In this document: in pieces, positions 22,241-35,670 of the stretch
Position numbering within the stretch: the first letter of the stretch is position 1
Layout: each line of letters starts with the position of its first letter
Source: Psammoneis japonica
Taxonomy: Eukaryota
Length of the DNA stretch: 64,000 nt
Assembly (NCBI GenBank): GCA_008632985.1
Contig: QPGO01000013.1
Location: 248,001-312,000, forward strand
Reading direction: 5' to 3'
Notes under the pieces: model-generated
Database searches by the model: none
What the model saw: the letters and a program-made list of their open reading frames with translations, nothing else
What the model was told of the DNA's origin: nothing
Made by a program: the position numbers and the translations under genes

Positions 22241-23809
22241 GATAAACTGCGTTAAACCTTTCTCTTATCGATTGCAGTCAGTTAGACACAGCGGTTTAGT
22301 CTCTTCGGTACATTGCTTGTGTTTGTTGTCGCATCGATCGCTGCGTTGCTGTTATTTATGAGAAACCCGAAAGGAGAGCGTCTGTCATGCGTTCTCAACA
22401 GTTGTCAATTATTTTGCCCTGGCGATACAATGCACACGCAAGAAGTGTCGTTGAGAGCAGGAATTCACAACCCGAAGCCCTTTTCTGTTCTGATTCGACA
22501 GTCAACAAAAATTTATATGGAAGGAGAAACGCTGCAAGCGCTTCAAGCATTTGTCCTTAAGCGCACGACCACCGTCGCGGATTGCCTGTGACCGACTGCT
22601 CCATGCATGTGGCTGGCCAGCTGCCGGCAGTGCAAATGGCACTTTCTGCTCTGCTTTGGTGGAGTGGAGCACGCACACGATGCCAGTGGTGTGGACAACT
22701 GTCAGCCAACTTTTGCTGGGGCAAGCAACCAATCATCTTGTGAGGAGGCACCCTGGTGCTTGTCGATGAGAACCTGACAAAACATGGCAGCAGCGCTGTC
22801 ATCAAAGAAAGTCACAATGGGGTGGACAGGGGAGGGCAACTGGCACGAGTCACATTGTCAACTGCAACGCAACACTGAGGGAAAACCTTGGATTGGAAAA
22901 GATGCCTTGAAATTGACAAGTGAAAACGCAACAAGTGCGCTTTCGAAAATCTTGTCTCTTCGAGAGAATGAACAAGCAATGATGAAATTTTGTCAACAAT
23001 TGTTTGCCAACATTTGTGGCAATGGGCAGAGACCCTCGTGGAATTTCAATGACAGTGTCTCCCAAGAGTTGTTGGTCATGGAATTGTTGACAGAAACAGG
23101 TGGCATCAACAAATGTTGGCCAACACTTGTTGTTGGTCTCCTCAAGTAGAATGCAAAGCTGGATGGTGTGAAATTCATCTGTCCACAGGTTCCACAAAAA
23201 ATGAAATGATCAAACTGCACAAAGTGAAACAATGAAACTCATCAAGCAAAACCTGTTGTGTGCCTGGATCCTTGCAGCTTCAGCCCTCCTTTGACCCTGT
23301 GAGAAGGTTGAAGTTCTTGCCACGACAGAGCCATTGAACGATGATGTGAGTGCCTGAAAGTGCCTCATGTGTGTCCCCCAAATGTTCAATGCTGCACACA
23401 TGTGAAGCTGATGTTGTCTCCTGCCTTCTGTCCACCCAGGCAATGCCACAAGAAGCAAGCTGTTCCAATGTGCAGCGTCTTCAACCAATGTCAGATGACG
23501 GGGTCCAAGGAGGCACATTTGGATCAGATCATGACAATGAACTCAAGAAGGAGCCACTTTCCACTGGGCACCTCCATCTACAAGCTGCCAGTGGTTCCAG
23601 AAATCCAGAGGAAAAGCCTCTTTCTATGGTGAGTTCTCATTGACGAGCTTTGCACAACAACTGTCATAACGCTGAATTCTTCTTCGCAACTGTTGGCTTC
23701 CGCTTTGGCTGTCAGCGTGTTGCTCCACACAAAGACCCAGACACCAGTGAGGCAGAGGATCAGGACCCTTCCGTTGCAGCACGACATGCTGTTTCTTGCA
23801 AGGATTGCT

Positions 23810-25310
23810 CACTCAGCCTCAGCAACACTCAACTTTTTGATCTTGTGCTTGGTTCAAGCAATGATGAAAGGATCAGCGACTGCCACCACATGGCAGACAA
23901 AACAGACAACCCAACAGCTGTTTGTGATTGTTGTGCCAAGGGGGGCAACCTGGTTTTGGTGGGGATGGTGTTGCTCCAGGTCCCCATGGTCAAGGGACTG
24001 GCTGTGTCAAGAGCAGAAAGAACTTGCATTGCTTTGCAAACACGTGCCCCATTGATTCTCAGCAGTGCAGAGAAGGCATCCATGTGCACCAGCAGAGTGG
24101 AGGTGCTCAAATGTGCTGGGCGATTAAGAACATGACCATTGCACAGATGTTGGAGTTCCAATCAAATGTCCCCAAGAGGAAACATGCAAGGAAAAGTGGC
24201 TTGGGATGAGCAATTTTGTGATTGAATCAAGGATTGGCAACCACTGCCACATGTCAGATGTGACGGCCAATCCAAGAACTTGTTGTGATTGGTGTGCCCA
24301 TGGACAACCTGGTCCCGGTGGGAAAGGTGTCCCTCCATGCATGCATGGCAGTCAACTTGTTGGCTGTGTTGAGGGCAGAAAGGAGCCAAATTGCATCGTG
24401 GGATTGAGCCCTTTTGTCAGCAGTGCAGAGAAGGCATCCATGTGCACCAGTGACTGCAAGCAGAATGGAGGTGCTCAAATGTGCTGGGTGATTGAGAATG
24501 ACCATTGCATGGATGTTGCAGCTCCAATCTTGTGCCCAAGGGATGCACATGCAGCAGAAATGAGTGGCTCATCAGGTTCAGCAACACTGAACTTTTTGAT
24601 CTTGCTCTTGATTCAAGCAAAACTGAAAGGATTGGCCAACACTGCCACATGGCAGAAGAAACGGAGTGACGAGTGACAACCCAAGAGCTGTTTGTGATTG
24701 GTGTGCCAAGGGATGACCTGGTTTTGGTGGGATGGCATTGATCCAGGTCCCCGCGGTCAAGGGACTGGCTGTGTTCTGAGTGGAAAGAACTTGTTTTGCT
24801 TTGTGAACATGCACCCCATTCTCAGCAGTGCGGAGAAGGCATCTGTGTGTGCCAGTGACTGCAAGCAGAATGGAGGTGCTCAAATGTGCTGGGCAATTAA
24901 GGACGGACATTGCATGAATGTTGGAGATCAACTCCCGTGCCCCAAGGATCCATGCAAGGAGAAATTTTACTGAGTCTCAGTGACACTCAACTTTTTGATC
25001 TTGCGCTTTATGATTCGTTCAACAAACAAAGGATTGGCCAATGCCGCTGCACAGGAGATGCAACGGCCAACCCAAGAGCTGGTTGTTCTTGGTGTGCCAA
25101 TGGATGGGGTGGTGGTGTTGCTCCAGGTTGCTGTGAACAAGGAAGTGGCTGTGTCAAGGATGGAAAGAACATGCATTGCTGTGTGGACACGCATCCTTCA
25201 GCAGTGTGGAGAAGGCATCCATGTGCACCCGTGACTGCAAACAGAATGGAAGTGCTCAAGCACACTGGGCAATTGGGAATGACTGCTGCACGGATGTTGG
25301 CATTCCAATC
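23810..25310. repeat. Degenerate tandem repeat, ~4 copies of ~380-400 bp
   Basis: Recurrent cagcaacactcaactttttgatcttg and cagtgcagagaaggcatccatgtgcacc...ggaggtgctcaaatgtgctggg near 23820, 24200-24480, 24580 and 24980. Confidence 0.8.
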
Positions 25311-26867
25311 ACATCTTCACACTGCACTTAGACTGCACTCAGTGGCTTCAAGAACAGTTGCAGCTCACAGACGTCCACATTGACAAGTGATGTGAAATGA
25401 GTCAATCTGTTTCTTGTGCACAAGAAGACACAACTGGGACCAAGCATTTAAAAAAAAAACTTGCAGGCCACTCTTGGAATCTTTTAGTTCAAATTTCTCA
25501 AAATCTCCATTTGCAAGAGCACACAACTGCTCATCAAACAGCTGCTTGCTGCAGGTCCAAACTGCAAGCACGTGTCTGGCTGCAAGCCTTTCTCTTGAGA
25601 AGGTGTGGATGTGAACAGGGAAGTGCACTTTGTTGATGGAATTGCCCAAGGCAAAACACCTTTACAATTGTTGAGGCAGGAACTGTCTGACTGCTTTGAA
25701 TCATCCACCTCACTGAACGTCAGTGTCAAAATTGGTGCCTCTGGTTGACAGGTGGTGGTTGAGCAAGAAGAGCCACATCTCAGCAGATTGTGTGCATGGC
25801 ACCTTCAATCATTGGGCACAAAAAAATTAGCCTGCTCAATGCTGTGAAAAGCTTTAGGATGTAGAGGGATTCAAAATGCACTTGGTTGTCTGAAAGCTCC
25901 TTGCTGTCATCAAAATTTGCAGTGATGCACAATGCTGGGAGAGTGACTTTGTAAGATGCAACAGCCTTCCCAAAGCCTCAACTCATCACAGAGCTTTCAT
26001 GAGTGACTTTGATGGAGTTTTCATTCTGATGGCAACCCAGCAAACCACCAGGGGTTCCAAACTGCAACAAAGCAACAATTGCAACAAGCTGAGGTTGACA
26101 GCATGTTGCAAGGAGTGGCACACATGTGCCCTTGTCTCACAGGTGGGCAGTTGTGGCCAGTGCACTCACAATCAGCTCAAGCTGGGAGGAGAAGGAGGAG
26201 GTGTGAGGTGTGGTGGTGGCTCAGGAACAGCCACTCACCAATGATGGTCACCATGTGTTGCAGATCATCAGTGGAGAAGAAGAGCAAGAGGAGAACAAGC
26301 ATCAAGAGAAAGTTTTGCAAAAAATGTGAAGCTGCTTGCACACCTGCCTGCTGTGATTGCCCACCTCACAACCACTGCAAGGGGGTGCATGTCATTCTTG
26401 GTGGCTGGCTGCTCTCTTTTGTCAAGCAATTTGCCGGCCACACACAGGTTGCTGTGAAACCTCTGGTGTTTGTTGGCACACAACAATGGCCTTCTTTCTC
26501 TCTTTCTTTTTTCTCAGTTGCTGTGCTGAGATGACCCACAGATGCAGGTGGTGCACCCAACTCTTGAGTGCCCAGGGCAGCAGTGTGCCTCAGTCTTGAA
26601 GATTTTTGCATGTGTGCCTGTGTGTTGCAACTTTTTTCTGGGTGTGGCGGTGTGTGCTCTTCTTGCTGTGCTCAAAAAAAGCAACTGCTGTTGAACAAAG
26701 ATTGGGATGGTCAGGTCAGGCTGTGACAATGCCCAGACAGCTTCAGGTGGAATTTGGGAGGCTCTGGCACATGCTTTGTCACAACTCTGCTTCTTCTTGA
26801 GGCTGTTTTCAAGCAGCACATCACTCAGCTGGAGGACCCCACACCCACTGACACCTGCCTGCACTGG

Positions 26868-29800
26868 TGCACTGTGCTCAAAGAACGAGTGTGAATGAAA
26901 GCAGAACAAAGTGCAAAAAGTGAAAATTGTGAGATCAGACTTTGCTCAATCATTTTGGGTTTCTCCGAATGAGTTCTCAATGGCCCAAAGCTTTTGCACC
27001 AGTCCCACGGGCCAAAAGGCCTTTCAGAGAATGCACTTGTGACAGCAGATTGTCCAGATGCAATTGCCATTGACACACAAGATGTCAACATCGTCAAGTG
27101 ATTGCACCTGCAATTTCCAACATCCAATCAATTCTGTGTGACTGATCTGTCCTTTGCACAAACCCACAATTGACATGCGATTGAAACAGAACAATGTAAA
27201 AAGCATGTGTGTGCATGTAAAATGCACTTGACAATGCATGTTGCATTTGCCTTCCCAGTTGCACACTGGGGTCATTTGTCAAACTGCATGATGCCATGAA
27301 TGTTGACAGCATCAATGATGTCACCGCATTCGATCTGCACTGTGTCATCAGTGTGCACTGTTGTCATCACGTGCAGTCCAGCACAGTGCTGTTCTAATTT
27401 TTAGAGTCTTTTTGGAGAAGAATCTTCTCTCCCACTCTGCACGTGTGTGGAGTGCATTGAGCATTCTCTTGAGCTTTGTTTTGTTTGTGATTTCTTGTTT
27501 TTGTTTCTGGGTGAACTTCCAATCCGCAATGTGTTGGATGTTAAAAAGCACATCTCTGTTGAAGACTGGTTGTCCTGGTGTGGCTTGCACAGTGGCATGA
27601 CATGCAGAACACGCAGCAAAGGCCACTGCTGACAGTGTGCCAGAAAATGGATCACATGTGTCCAGGGGTGTGCATTGCAGGTCAAATGTGAACAGCATGT
27701 TGCCCAGTGCTTGGTGCACATGTTCGACAATTGTGTTTGCTTGTGGATTTTGTGTGGTTGTTGGCTTGCACTTTGTGCCACAGTCATCTTGCACCATGTT
27801 TCTAAATTGGTGTCCAATGAACTCACTTTCATGGTCATGTGTGATTGACAATGGCCAAGGACTTCTGCTTTGCCACATCCATTCTTATGGTCCAGCAATG
27901 GTTGTGGATTCCTCATCAGGAATTTCCACAACTTCGAACCATCCATTGATCATTGTCAAGCATTTCAAGACCAGGGGTTTCTTCTTTCTCTTGCAATGCA
28001 CAATGAGATCCACACATGGTCACTCAGATCCACACACACAGTTGTTCCTGTGGCACCGCTTCTGCACACTTGGGGGGCAAATGTCCACATTTTTCTGTTT
28101 CTTTTTAAATTTTTGGCATGCCTCACATTTCGACACCCATTTTCACATGTCATCATGTGAGGCAGACCAACACAAGTGTTGTGAGATTATTTCTTCAGCT
28201 CCATTCATGCCTGGGTGCAGATGACACAAGTGGCGCCAATCTGTTGCCACTTTTTGCAACGTCTTGGGTGCGACAATTTTTCCTTGTGACATGTGAGTGA
28301 TCCGTCTTGCTCACCTCCACAAAAAGTCTTTGTGTGACATGTTGCATCCAACAATTTGGAGAGAATGTCTTTGCCCCACTTTTGTTCAGCATCAAGATCT
28401 TTGTGTGTTGATGGAAAGACATTGTTGTGGGATTCAGGTGCAACTTTCTCAGCCAGATCTTCAATGCTGAGGTTTTCCATGGGTTCAATTTTTTCACAGG
28501 AAGTTGGCTGATTGCGTCTGCAACGACATTCACTTTGCCCTCAAGGCAAATTAATTTGGGACTGCATTCTTCTGTTGTCAGTTGCCAATGCATGACTCTG
28601 ACCATTGTGAAGTTCTTGTGGGTGAGATTCTTGTGATCCATGTGCATTTTAATCTGTTGGCCAAACAGCATTCTGGAATTACTTGGGTGTTTCCATCTTG
28701 GACAGAAGTTCTTTTTCCATTGCAGTGCAGTGCATCTGTGCTCCATCATCTTGCAACTGCAGAAAGCAATGGGTCAATTGCTCTGCACAACAACTGCCCC
28801 CAATTGAGAATTGCTTGCATCCACACACATCTCAAAGGGTTCATTGAAATTCGGGTGTGACAATGACATGTCTTTTGAAGAGGGCTTTTTGTTCCATTTT
28901 GGTCCATTGCCACTTGGCCTTGGATGAGGTGAGTTTGGCCAAAGGAGCAAGAACGTGAGACCGTCAAGGCCACATGTCTTGACAGCAATCAATCACACCA
29001 ACAAATGTTGCAATTCCTTGCAAGATTTAGGAGTTGCAATCAAGTGAGTTGCTTCCACTTTCTTTGGTGTCAGACCAATGCCACTGTGGGTGACATGAAA
29101 GCCCAGACAAAAAAATCAAACCCATTTTTGAGTGCTGTTGCACCTTTGCCCAGCAACACCAGCACTGGCTGACCCACACTTCCGGTGCACCTCATGAGGG
29201 GTGCTGCAGAAGTTGTTGCAATTAGCCTGTTGCGGTGCCCTCTGAAAAGGACGCCCACCTGAGACAGATGGGGGTGACGAAGCAACACTTTGGGGAGCTC
29301 ATTGCTTTCACTTGGACTGCAGACACATCTGCCACACCAGAACAGCAAAGAACAATTGCCCAGGTTTGGGTTCAGGAACAGCAAAGGGAAGTAAGTCAAA
29401 AAATGGTCTCCAAACCACTGGCCTTCACTCATTAAGAAGGGAGACTTGTTCCAACCTCCAAGAAATGTGACAAAGATGGAAAGATCATTGTGTGCAGCAG
29501 GAAGCTTGGTTTGCTGGAAAGTGAGGGAGGGGTCATCAACAACTGGGTGATTGGAAACAGGAGAACTTAATGATGTGATGGGTTGGTCATCAGGAACAAC
29601 ATTTTCCACATGCAGAAAGCATGCTGGACCTTGCGTGGAAATGCCAATGCACACAGCAAATGGAGAACAGTCAATTGATGCCAAAGAAGGGCTCATGCTC
29701 ATGCTCATTGGTGCCACAACTGAAGCAGTGCTTTCACCCCATGGGCCGAAGGACTTGATTGGCTGATGGGAACAAAGAGGATCATTGAGGACAACAGGTG

Positions 29801-32545
29801 TGGGCATGAGAAGCTTGGAGATGTGACAAATTGTTCATCGGTGGTGTTTGCTGAAGCGCGTGGAATTTGTGTCATTGAGAAGGGAACCTTGTTCCAACCT
29901 CCAAGAAATGTGACAAAGATGGAAAGATTGCTGCATGCAGCAGGAAGCTTGGTTTGCCAGAAAGCAAGGGAGGGGTCATCCATGACTGGGAGATTGTTGG
30001 AAACAGGAGCACTTGATGATGTGATGGGTCGGTCATTGGGAATGACATTTTCCAAACACAGAAACCATGACAGATCTTGTGCGGAAATGCTTGCATGGAA
30101 ATGCCGATGCACACAGCAAATGGAGAACAGTCAATTGATGCCAAAGAAGGGCTCATGCTCATGCTCATGCTCATTGGTGCTGCAACTGAAGTGGCGCTTT
30201 CACCCCATGGAGTGAAGGACTTGATTGGCTGACGGGAACAAAGAGGATCATTGAGGACAGACAGGCATGGGCATGAGAAGCTCAGAGATGTGACAAAGCA
30301 TTCATCGGTGGTGTTTGCCAAAGCACACAGAATTTGCACTGAGATCCATGCAGAAAATTTCTTGGATCTGCAGAAAATGATGAAAAAATTGACGAGCATG
30401 CAACCCACAAGGAGTTGATGCCAGTCATTTTCCACTCAACAATGTTGTTAACATGCCAAAACAAGGGCATGCCATTGATGCCAATGGCCAGAATGGTCTT
30501 GAAGAACCAGCAACATGCTGTCTGAAAAGGGCAACATCAGTGCAAGAGTGCATGCAGAAACACACGCAGATGTTTTGAGTGGGTGGCTGCTGCAGAATTG
30601 AGAAAGCCCAGACAGTCCACTTTGGGTTTGGTGAAGAAGAACTTTTCAGTGTTGACCTTCAATCTGGCTTGTTCCAGGCACATGAGCTTTTTGAGATGGT
30701 TGTGAAAACCACCTTTCACAAGGCATGGCATTTTGTCAACATGATTTCTGACAAACTCCAGACCTGCCATGAGCTCACTCGTGTGCACTTGGAAAACATC
30801 TGGAGCTCCACAGATTCCCGCAGGCAGTCTACAGTGCTCATGTTTGCCCCAAGGCATGACAATGGTGCACAACCAACATGCGCGCAGAGTCAATTTGATG
30901 TGACAGCATCCCATGTTTAAGTCAAGGGAAGCAGCACACATGAAACCCTAAAGTTTTTGTGGCATGTCTTGAACATTGGGCAGAGGAAACAGAGCACGCA
31001 TTGGCCTCTCACTCAGATCACGGAAGTCAGACAGAAACCAAACTTGACCATTTTTCTTTGGTTGAACAAAGGTTGGAGCTGACCATTTGGAACAATTTGT
31101 TTTCTCAAGACTTCCAGGTTGCACAGTCCATCAACTTCCTTTCCAGCAGCCACCTTCAAGGCTTGTGGCATGGGAAATGGATTTGCATGATGTGGAGTTG
31201 CATCCAATTTTAACTTGAGATCCACAGGTTTCACAGAAAATTCACCTGGAAAACCATCAAAAAGGTTTTCAAATCTTTCTGGGAGGAAGTTCAGCTGCTT
31301 CTGCTCCTCTGGATTAGATGAGTTGCTGCTGCAGTCACATTGTCAAGGTCAGCAGCTGCGTGACAATCTGAGTCAAGGATTCAATTGACCCTCTCATCAA
31401 GACCAATCATGGCATGAGATTCCTCAATGTGACAGGCAATCAACTGGAACACATCAGCATCAAAGAGTGCATCAACATTCTTTGCAGGTGCAGTTGCTTC
31501 CTCCCATTTGATTTCTTTGTTTGCAAAGTCCAATGTGATCCCAAAACTGGACATCAAATTGCATCCCATGATCACATCATGACAACTCAAGGAAGAAGGG
31601 GTGCTGTCAACATGTGCCGTTGTTTCTGTCATCTTGTGTTTGTCAAATTCAGGTGAAGAGAACTGTGTTGCACAGCAACTGTCAGTCATGAAGAGCCCAC
31701 CCTTTGTTTCTCAAGTTTTGGTGGCAGATTTCTTTGTTCTCAATTTCCACGTGAATTTGTGCAAAATTGTGGTTGACAATGTTCTGCTGTCAAGGAGAAT
31801 GTGCAGAGGCTCATTCTTTGTTTTGCCCGAAGAGGCATTCATGGCTGCAAGCAATGACTGCTGGACCAGCATGAATTGCTTTGACCCTTTTCTGGGCTTT
31901 CTGATGTCCAGTGGCATGCAAGACTCCTCGAGCTGCGCCAGTCATTCTTCAGAACTGCTGAACATCATTTTTTCAAACTGACACTTCTCTTTGCTGAGGG
32001 CATCAGAATCACATTTTTTGCTCTTGCACTTTGCGTCATTGTTCAAAGAACTCATCTTGAGTGCTTTTTGAACTGCCTGAAGAACCATGGCATTCAACCC
32101 TTCTTTGGGAGCAGCGTTTTTGTTGTCACAATGGGACCATGTGCAATTGCCATTCTGATGATGCCATTTTGGATCACATTTGTAATTTCCGTGGCATTCT
32201 TTTGCCAGTCATTTAATGACCCAGCACTTGTCTACATCATGAGTGGGTTTTTTGCAACAATTGCACCGCTTGTTGGACTCAGATTGCTTGGCACCAGATT
32301 GGCGACCATTTTTGGGACCATGATTGGATCCATCTTTTGCTTTTGATCTGGGTTTGTTGCTGGCATTAGCCTTGACATGAGTGGAGTCAAAGATGTCCTT
32401 GCCAACCTCCAGATGCTCTAAAAACTTGACCGGGTTGTTGAAGGTGCACTTCAAAATTTTGAAACCTTCAAGGGTCAACTGGTGCTGCCATTTGTGAGGA
32501 GGTGCAAGGTTGCAAAGGACCAACATCCTTGAGCTCATCCTCCTT
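26868..32545 (-). mobile_element. Decayed Ty3/gypsy element A: 3' LTR (~26868-27230), integrase, RNase H, RT, protease, 3' part of gag
   Basis: QNPQANTIVEHVH (integrase), VDASNSQLGAV (RNase H), SLDLNMGCCHIKL and PWGKHEHCRLP (RT; canonical ..DLxxGYY and GKYEY), in gypsy domain order. Confidence 0.85.
29110..30601. mobile_element. ~1.5-kb insertion in the gypsy A RT region, flanked by a 13-bp duplication and containing an internal ~450-bp duplication
   Basis: GAAAGCCCAGACA at 29097-29109 and 30602-30614. Gypsy B is uninterrupted at the equivalent site (~47038-47050). Confidence 0.7.
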
Positions 32546-33694
32546 GATGCTCTGATCTTGAGCTTCAGAGCCATCCCAGAATTGTCAAGAAATGATTTTA
32601 AGATGCCACTGTTGATCCCAGAGCAGCTTGTTGAGATTGTTGCTCCAACCTCAGCTCTGCTGATGGGATCTTCACCGACTTTGATGAGCGCTTGGAGAAG
32701 GCTCTCTTCGCAGATGAAGGAACTCTGCTGTTGCACTCTCTTTTTGCTCTCAAAAAGCACCACAAAGACTTGCAGATCTCATGTCTGTGACATTGATGGC
32801 TGGCTCATGGCTGGATCCTGCTGCGTTGATTGCATCGTTGACAACTTTGAAGCCAGCAGAGATGCGCTTGCAGTTCCTCCAGAAGGTTGCAGCTCAAACA
32901 TGAAAGGTCTTACCTGTTTGCATTGCAACTGCAAAAAGCTGTCCCATTTGTGCTTGCATTCAACTCTGCAGCGGCAGCTTGCATGCAAAAATGGTTGCAT
33001 CGCAAACATCAATGGCGGTCACCACTCGCATTTCCGTCCAACTGCTGTGTCCTTGAAAAGTTGTCAGATTGATGGAAATCATGAGAACACATTTGATGTC
33101 ACTCAAGAAGCTCAACATGAGAGACTCAAAAAGTTTCTTGACTTTGCTTCATTGTAAATGACCGAAAGTCAGCGGACGCAAACTTGGAGAAGTTGCAATG
33201 CAAGAAAGTGGTGCAAGTGATTTCTCCCATTGGTTGCCCATCTCATCACAAACTCAGCCAGTGTGCTGACACCATTTGCCAAAATCTGGCATTGGTCATG
33301 TTGTTTGGTTGCAGGCAACTGGCAGTCATTCACAGTCAAACGTTCTCTTGAGGCCGCAGCAGACAGTTCAAATGTTTCATTGGTCTGCCTGCCAGCATTG
33401 TACACACCGCTCATGAAGAACTTTTTGAGCTTTTGCACAGTGAATCTCGATGGCTCTGCCTTTCCTTGATCCAAAAATTAAGGGAAAAATAAACCAGGTG
33501 CATCACTTGCCACAATAATTAGATTGTCAAACGCAGCGTAACCAGGCTGGATCAGATCCCAAACAATGGTCACAATGTCTGATCCCAATGTATCCAGCAC
33601 CTCTATGCGGGTGATTCGTTCAAATGTCCACTGATTTGGTGGAACTATAAGGTTAGGTTTAAGAGGGAACAAAAACTGTCGACTTCATTTCGAC

Positions 33695-34765
33695 TCAAAA
33701 CATGCCACATCCTACACGACATAACTGCAAGGATTCTGTCACATCAAGGTCCACCAAGTCATTTTCGGTAGCATCAATGCCATTTTCTAAGGGACCAGTG
33801 ACGTAGACCCATCGATCAATGCCTCTCACAAAATTTGTCTCGGTGATCTCAACGCAGTCTCCATTAGAAACCAAGCTCACGATATGGGCAAGTCCGTCGG
33901 TGCAGCAGCTATTCCACGTCCAGCGAATATTTGTAGTTCCTGTCGTAGCGTTGTACACGTAACGGTCAGCATTCAGGTTTTCGGGTGGGTCGTCTTGCAC
34001 CACAGGATTAGAAAGATCGCCGACAATGGTGAATTCCACCTGACCGCCCGAGCCGTCATCTTGTTCATCATGCAGAATCAAAAGACTGAGTTCACAGTTT
34101 TCACCATTACCGTGGATCATGATTTGACTTGTCTGTGACCGCATTGGAATGACACCTGTCCCAGCAAACGATTGTTGATTATCAACGTAATTGTAGAAAC
34201 GTTCAATGTCATCGACAGTCTCTACTGGTTTCACAATCCCTAGGGATGACCCATCCTGCTGAATGTCAATGCAAACTTCAGAACACCTCCTTGGACCAAA
34301 TGTGGGAGATGTCGTAGGAGCAGCAGGTGTTTCTGGGACAGGTGTGGGAGCAGGAGAAGTTGGAGTGACGGTTGGAGGTGACACCGTGGGAGGACTCCCA
34401 GTTAGAGGGGCGCCTGTTGGCACAGGCTCAAGTGGCACTGACGTTGGAGACGCTGTCGGATCAACTGGCTGTGGCGTCGATGTAACAGGTACTGGCGTAG
34501 GTGGTTGTGGACTCGGCGGGACCGGTTGAGCTGTTGGTATCATCGGCAGCGGCGTAGGCGGTCTCGGCGTCGGAGGAGCAATACTCATTTCCATCAAACG
34601 AGACAAATAGAATTCCTCTTCATCATTCAAAGAAGTAACGTGTTTGATTTCATTCTTTGTCTTTTTCTTTCTTTGACGAAAATGTTCGCCGTAAGCAACA
34701 TTCACCGAGCTCGTGCTTCCTCCCAATGTCAACCAGAACAGTAGTGCGCACGATGGTAGATGCAT
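33695..34765 (-). CDS. Secreted Pro/Thr-rich protein with a C-terminal Cys-containing globular domain
   Basis: Signal-peptide-like MHLPSCALLFWLTLGG, PT-rich stalk, domain containing WTWNSCCTDG; normal Tyr and TA content. Confidence 0.8.
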   Translation of the reverse strand: MHLPSCALLFWLTLGGSTSSVNVAYGEHFRQRKKKTKNEIKHVTSLNDEEEFYLSRLMEMSIAPPTPRPPTPLPMIPTAQPVPPSPQPPTPVPVTSTPQPVDPTASPTSVPLEPVPTGAPLTGSPPTVSPPTVTPTSPAPTPVPETPAAPTTSPTFGPRRCSEVCIDIQQDGSSLGIVKPVETVDDIERFYNYVDNQQSFAGTGVIPMRSQTSQIMIHGNGENCELSLLILHDEQDDGSGGQVEFTIVGDLSNPVVQDDPPENLNADRYVYNATTGTTNIRWTWNSCCTDGLAHIVSLVSNGDCVEITETNFVRGIDRWVYVTGPLENGIDATENDLVDLDVTESLQLCRVGCGMF

Positions 34766-35670
34766 CTCTCGAGTACTCACTTCTTTTCTTTTGATTCGAT
34801 TCAATGCTTAACCACGAACTGTGTTGGTGAGCTAATGCCGAACAACACTTTTGGATGAGCGATTGAAAAATCAAAATACCGATATATATTTGGATATATA
34901 TGATTTAGGCACGACACGCGCGACTTCAGACTGACTCCTTCCATAAACACATCATAGCCGCAGCCAGCGACCCTGAGCAAAAAAACACACGCACGATGAA
35001 CCTCTCTTTCGGCTCCCCGCCCCCATGACAACGCTGCATACATCCCGGCATGGCCTCCCGATCCGCCACAGAACGCATCGTTCCATACGCCTTATCGCAG
35101 CCGTCTACACTGCCATCGTCATCATCGCCGCCATCCCCACTCCTCATCGCTCCTTCCTACTCCTACCTAAGCACTCACCGCCTCCCTATCGCCAACCGCC
35201 ACCACCGCCTCCCCTACTATTGCCCCTCTTACTGCCCCAACGCTCTTGCTCCCGACTCCATCTGTCCCACCCATGCCGCCCAACTCCTTCCTAATGACTC
35301 CGACCTTAAATACTTCGCCAACCGCCACTGCCCTTGCCGTCTTACTGTACCGACATCGCCAACCCGAACATCCAACGCTCACACAATTTCTCGCCCAACG
35401 CTCAACACACAAATAAGCCATGTGCACTGGTACAAAAATCACGTAGAAATTGTACGTAGAAAAATTATAAAAATCAGGGTTTGGGCCGATTTTTTCTCGT
35501 GCTTCTACCGTGCTTCTCCGCTCCACCGACGCCTCAAGGAATCGTTTTCCCCTGAAACCATTGACACTTTACATGATGACTTTTACACAAGCAACACCAT
35601 TCTGTGCATGAACACTTCAAAATTCCATTTTCAGAAAATTCGATCAACACTTCACTGCGGTCCCATTTGA

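Noticed and set aside
35050..35670. 206-aa Pro/Ser-rich ORF
   Set aside because: Low-complexity C-rich sequence with no domain, running into TE-like DNA; unsupported as a gene.
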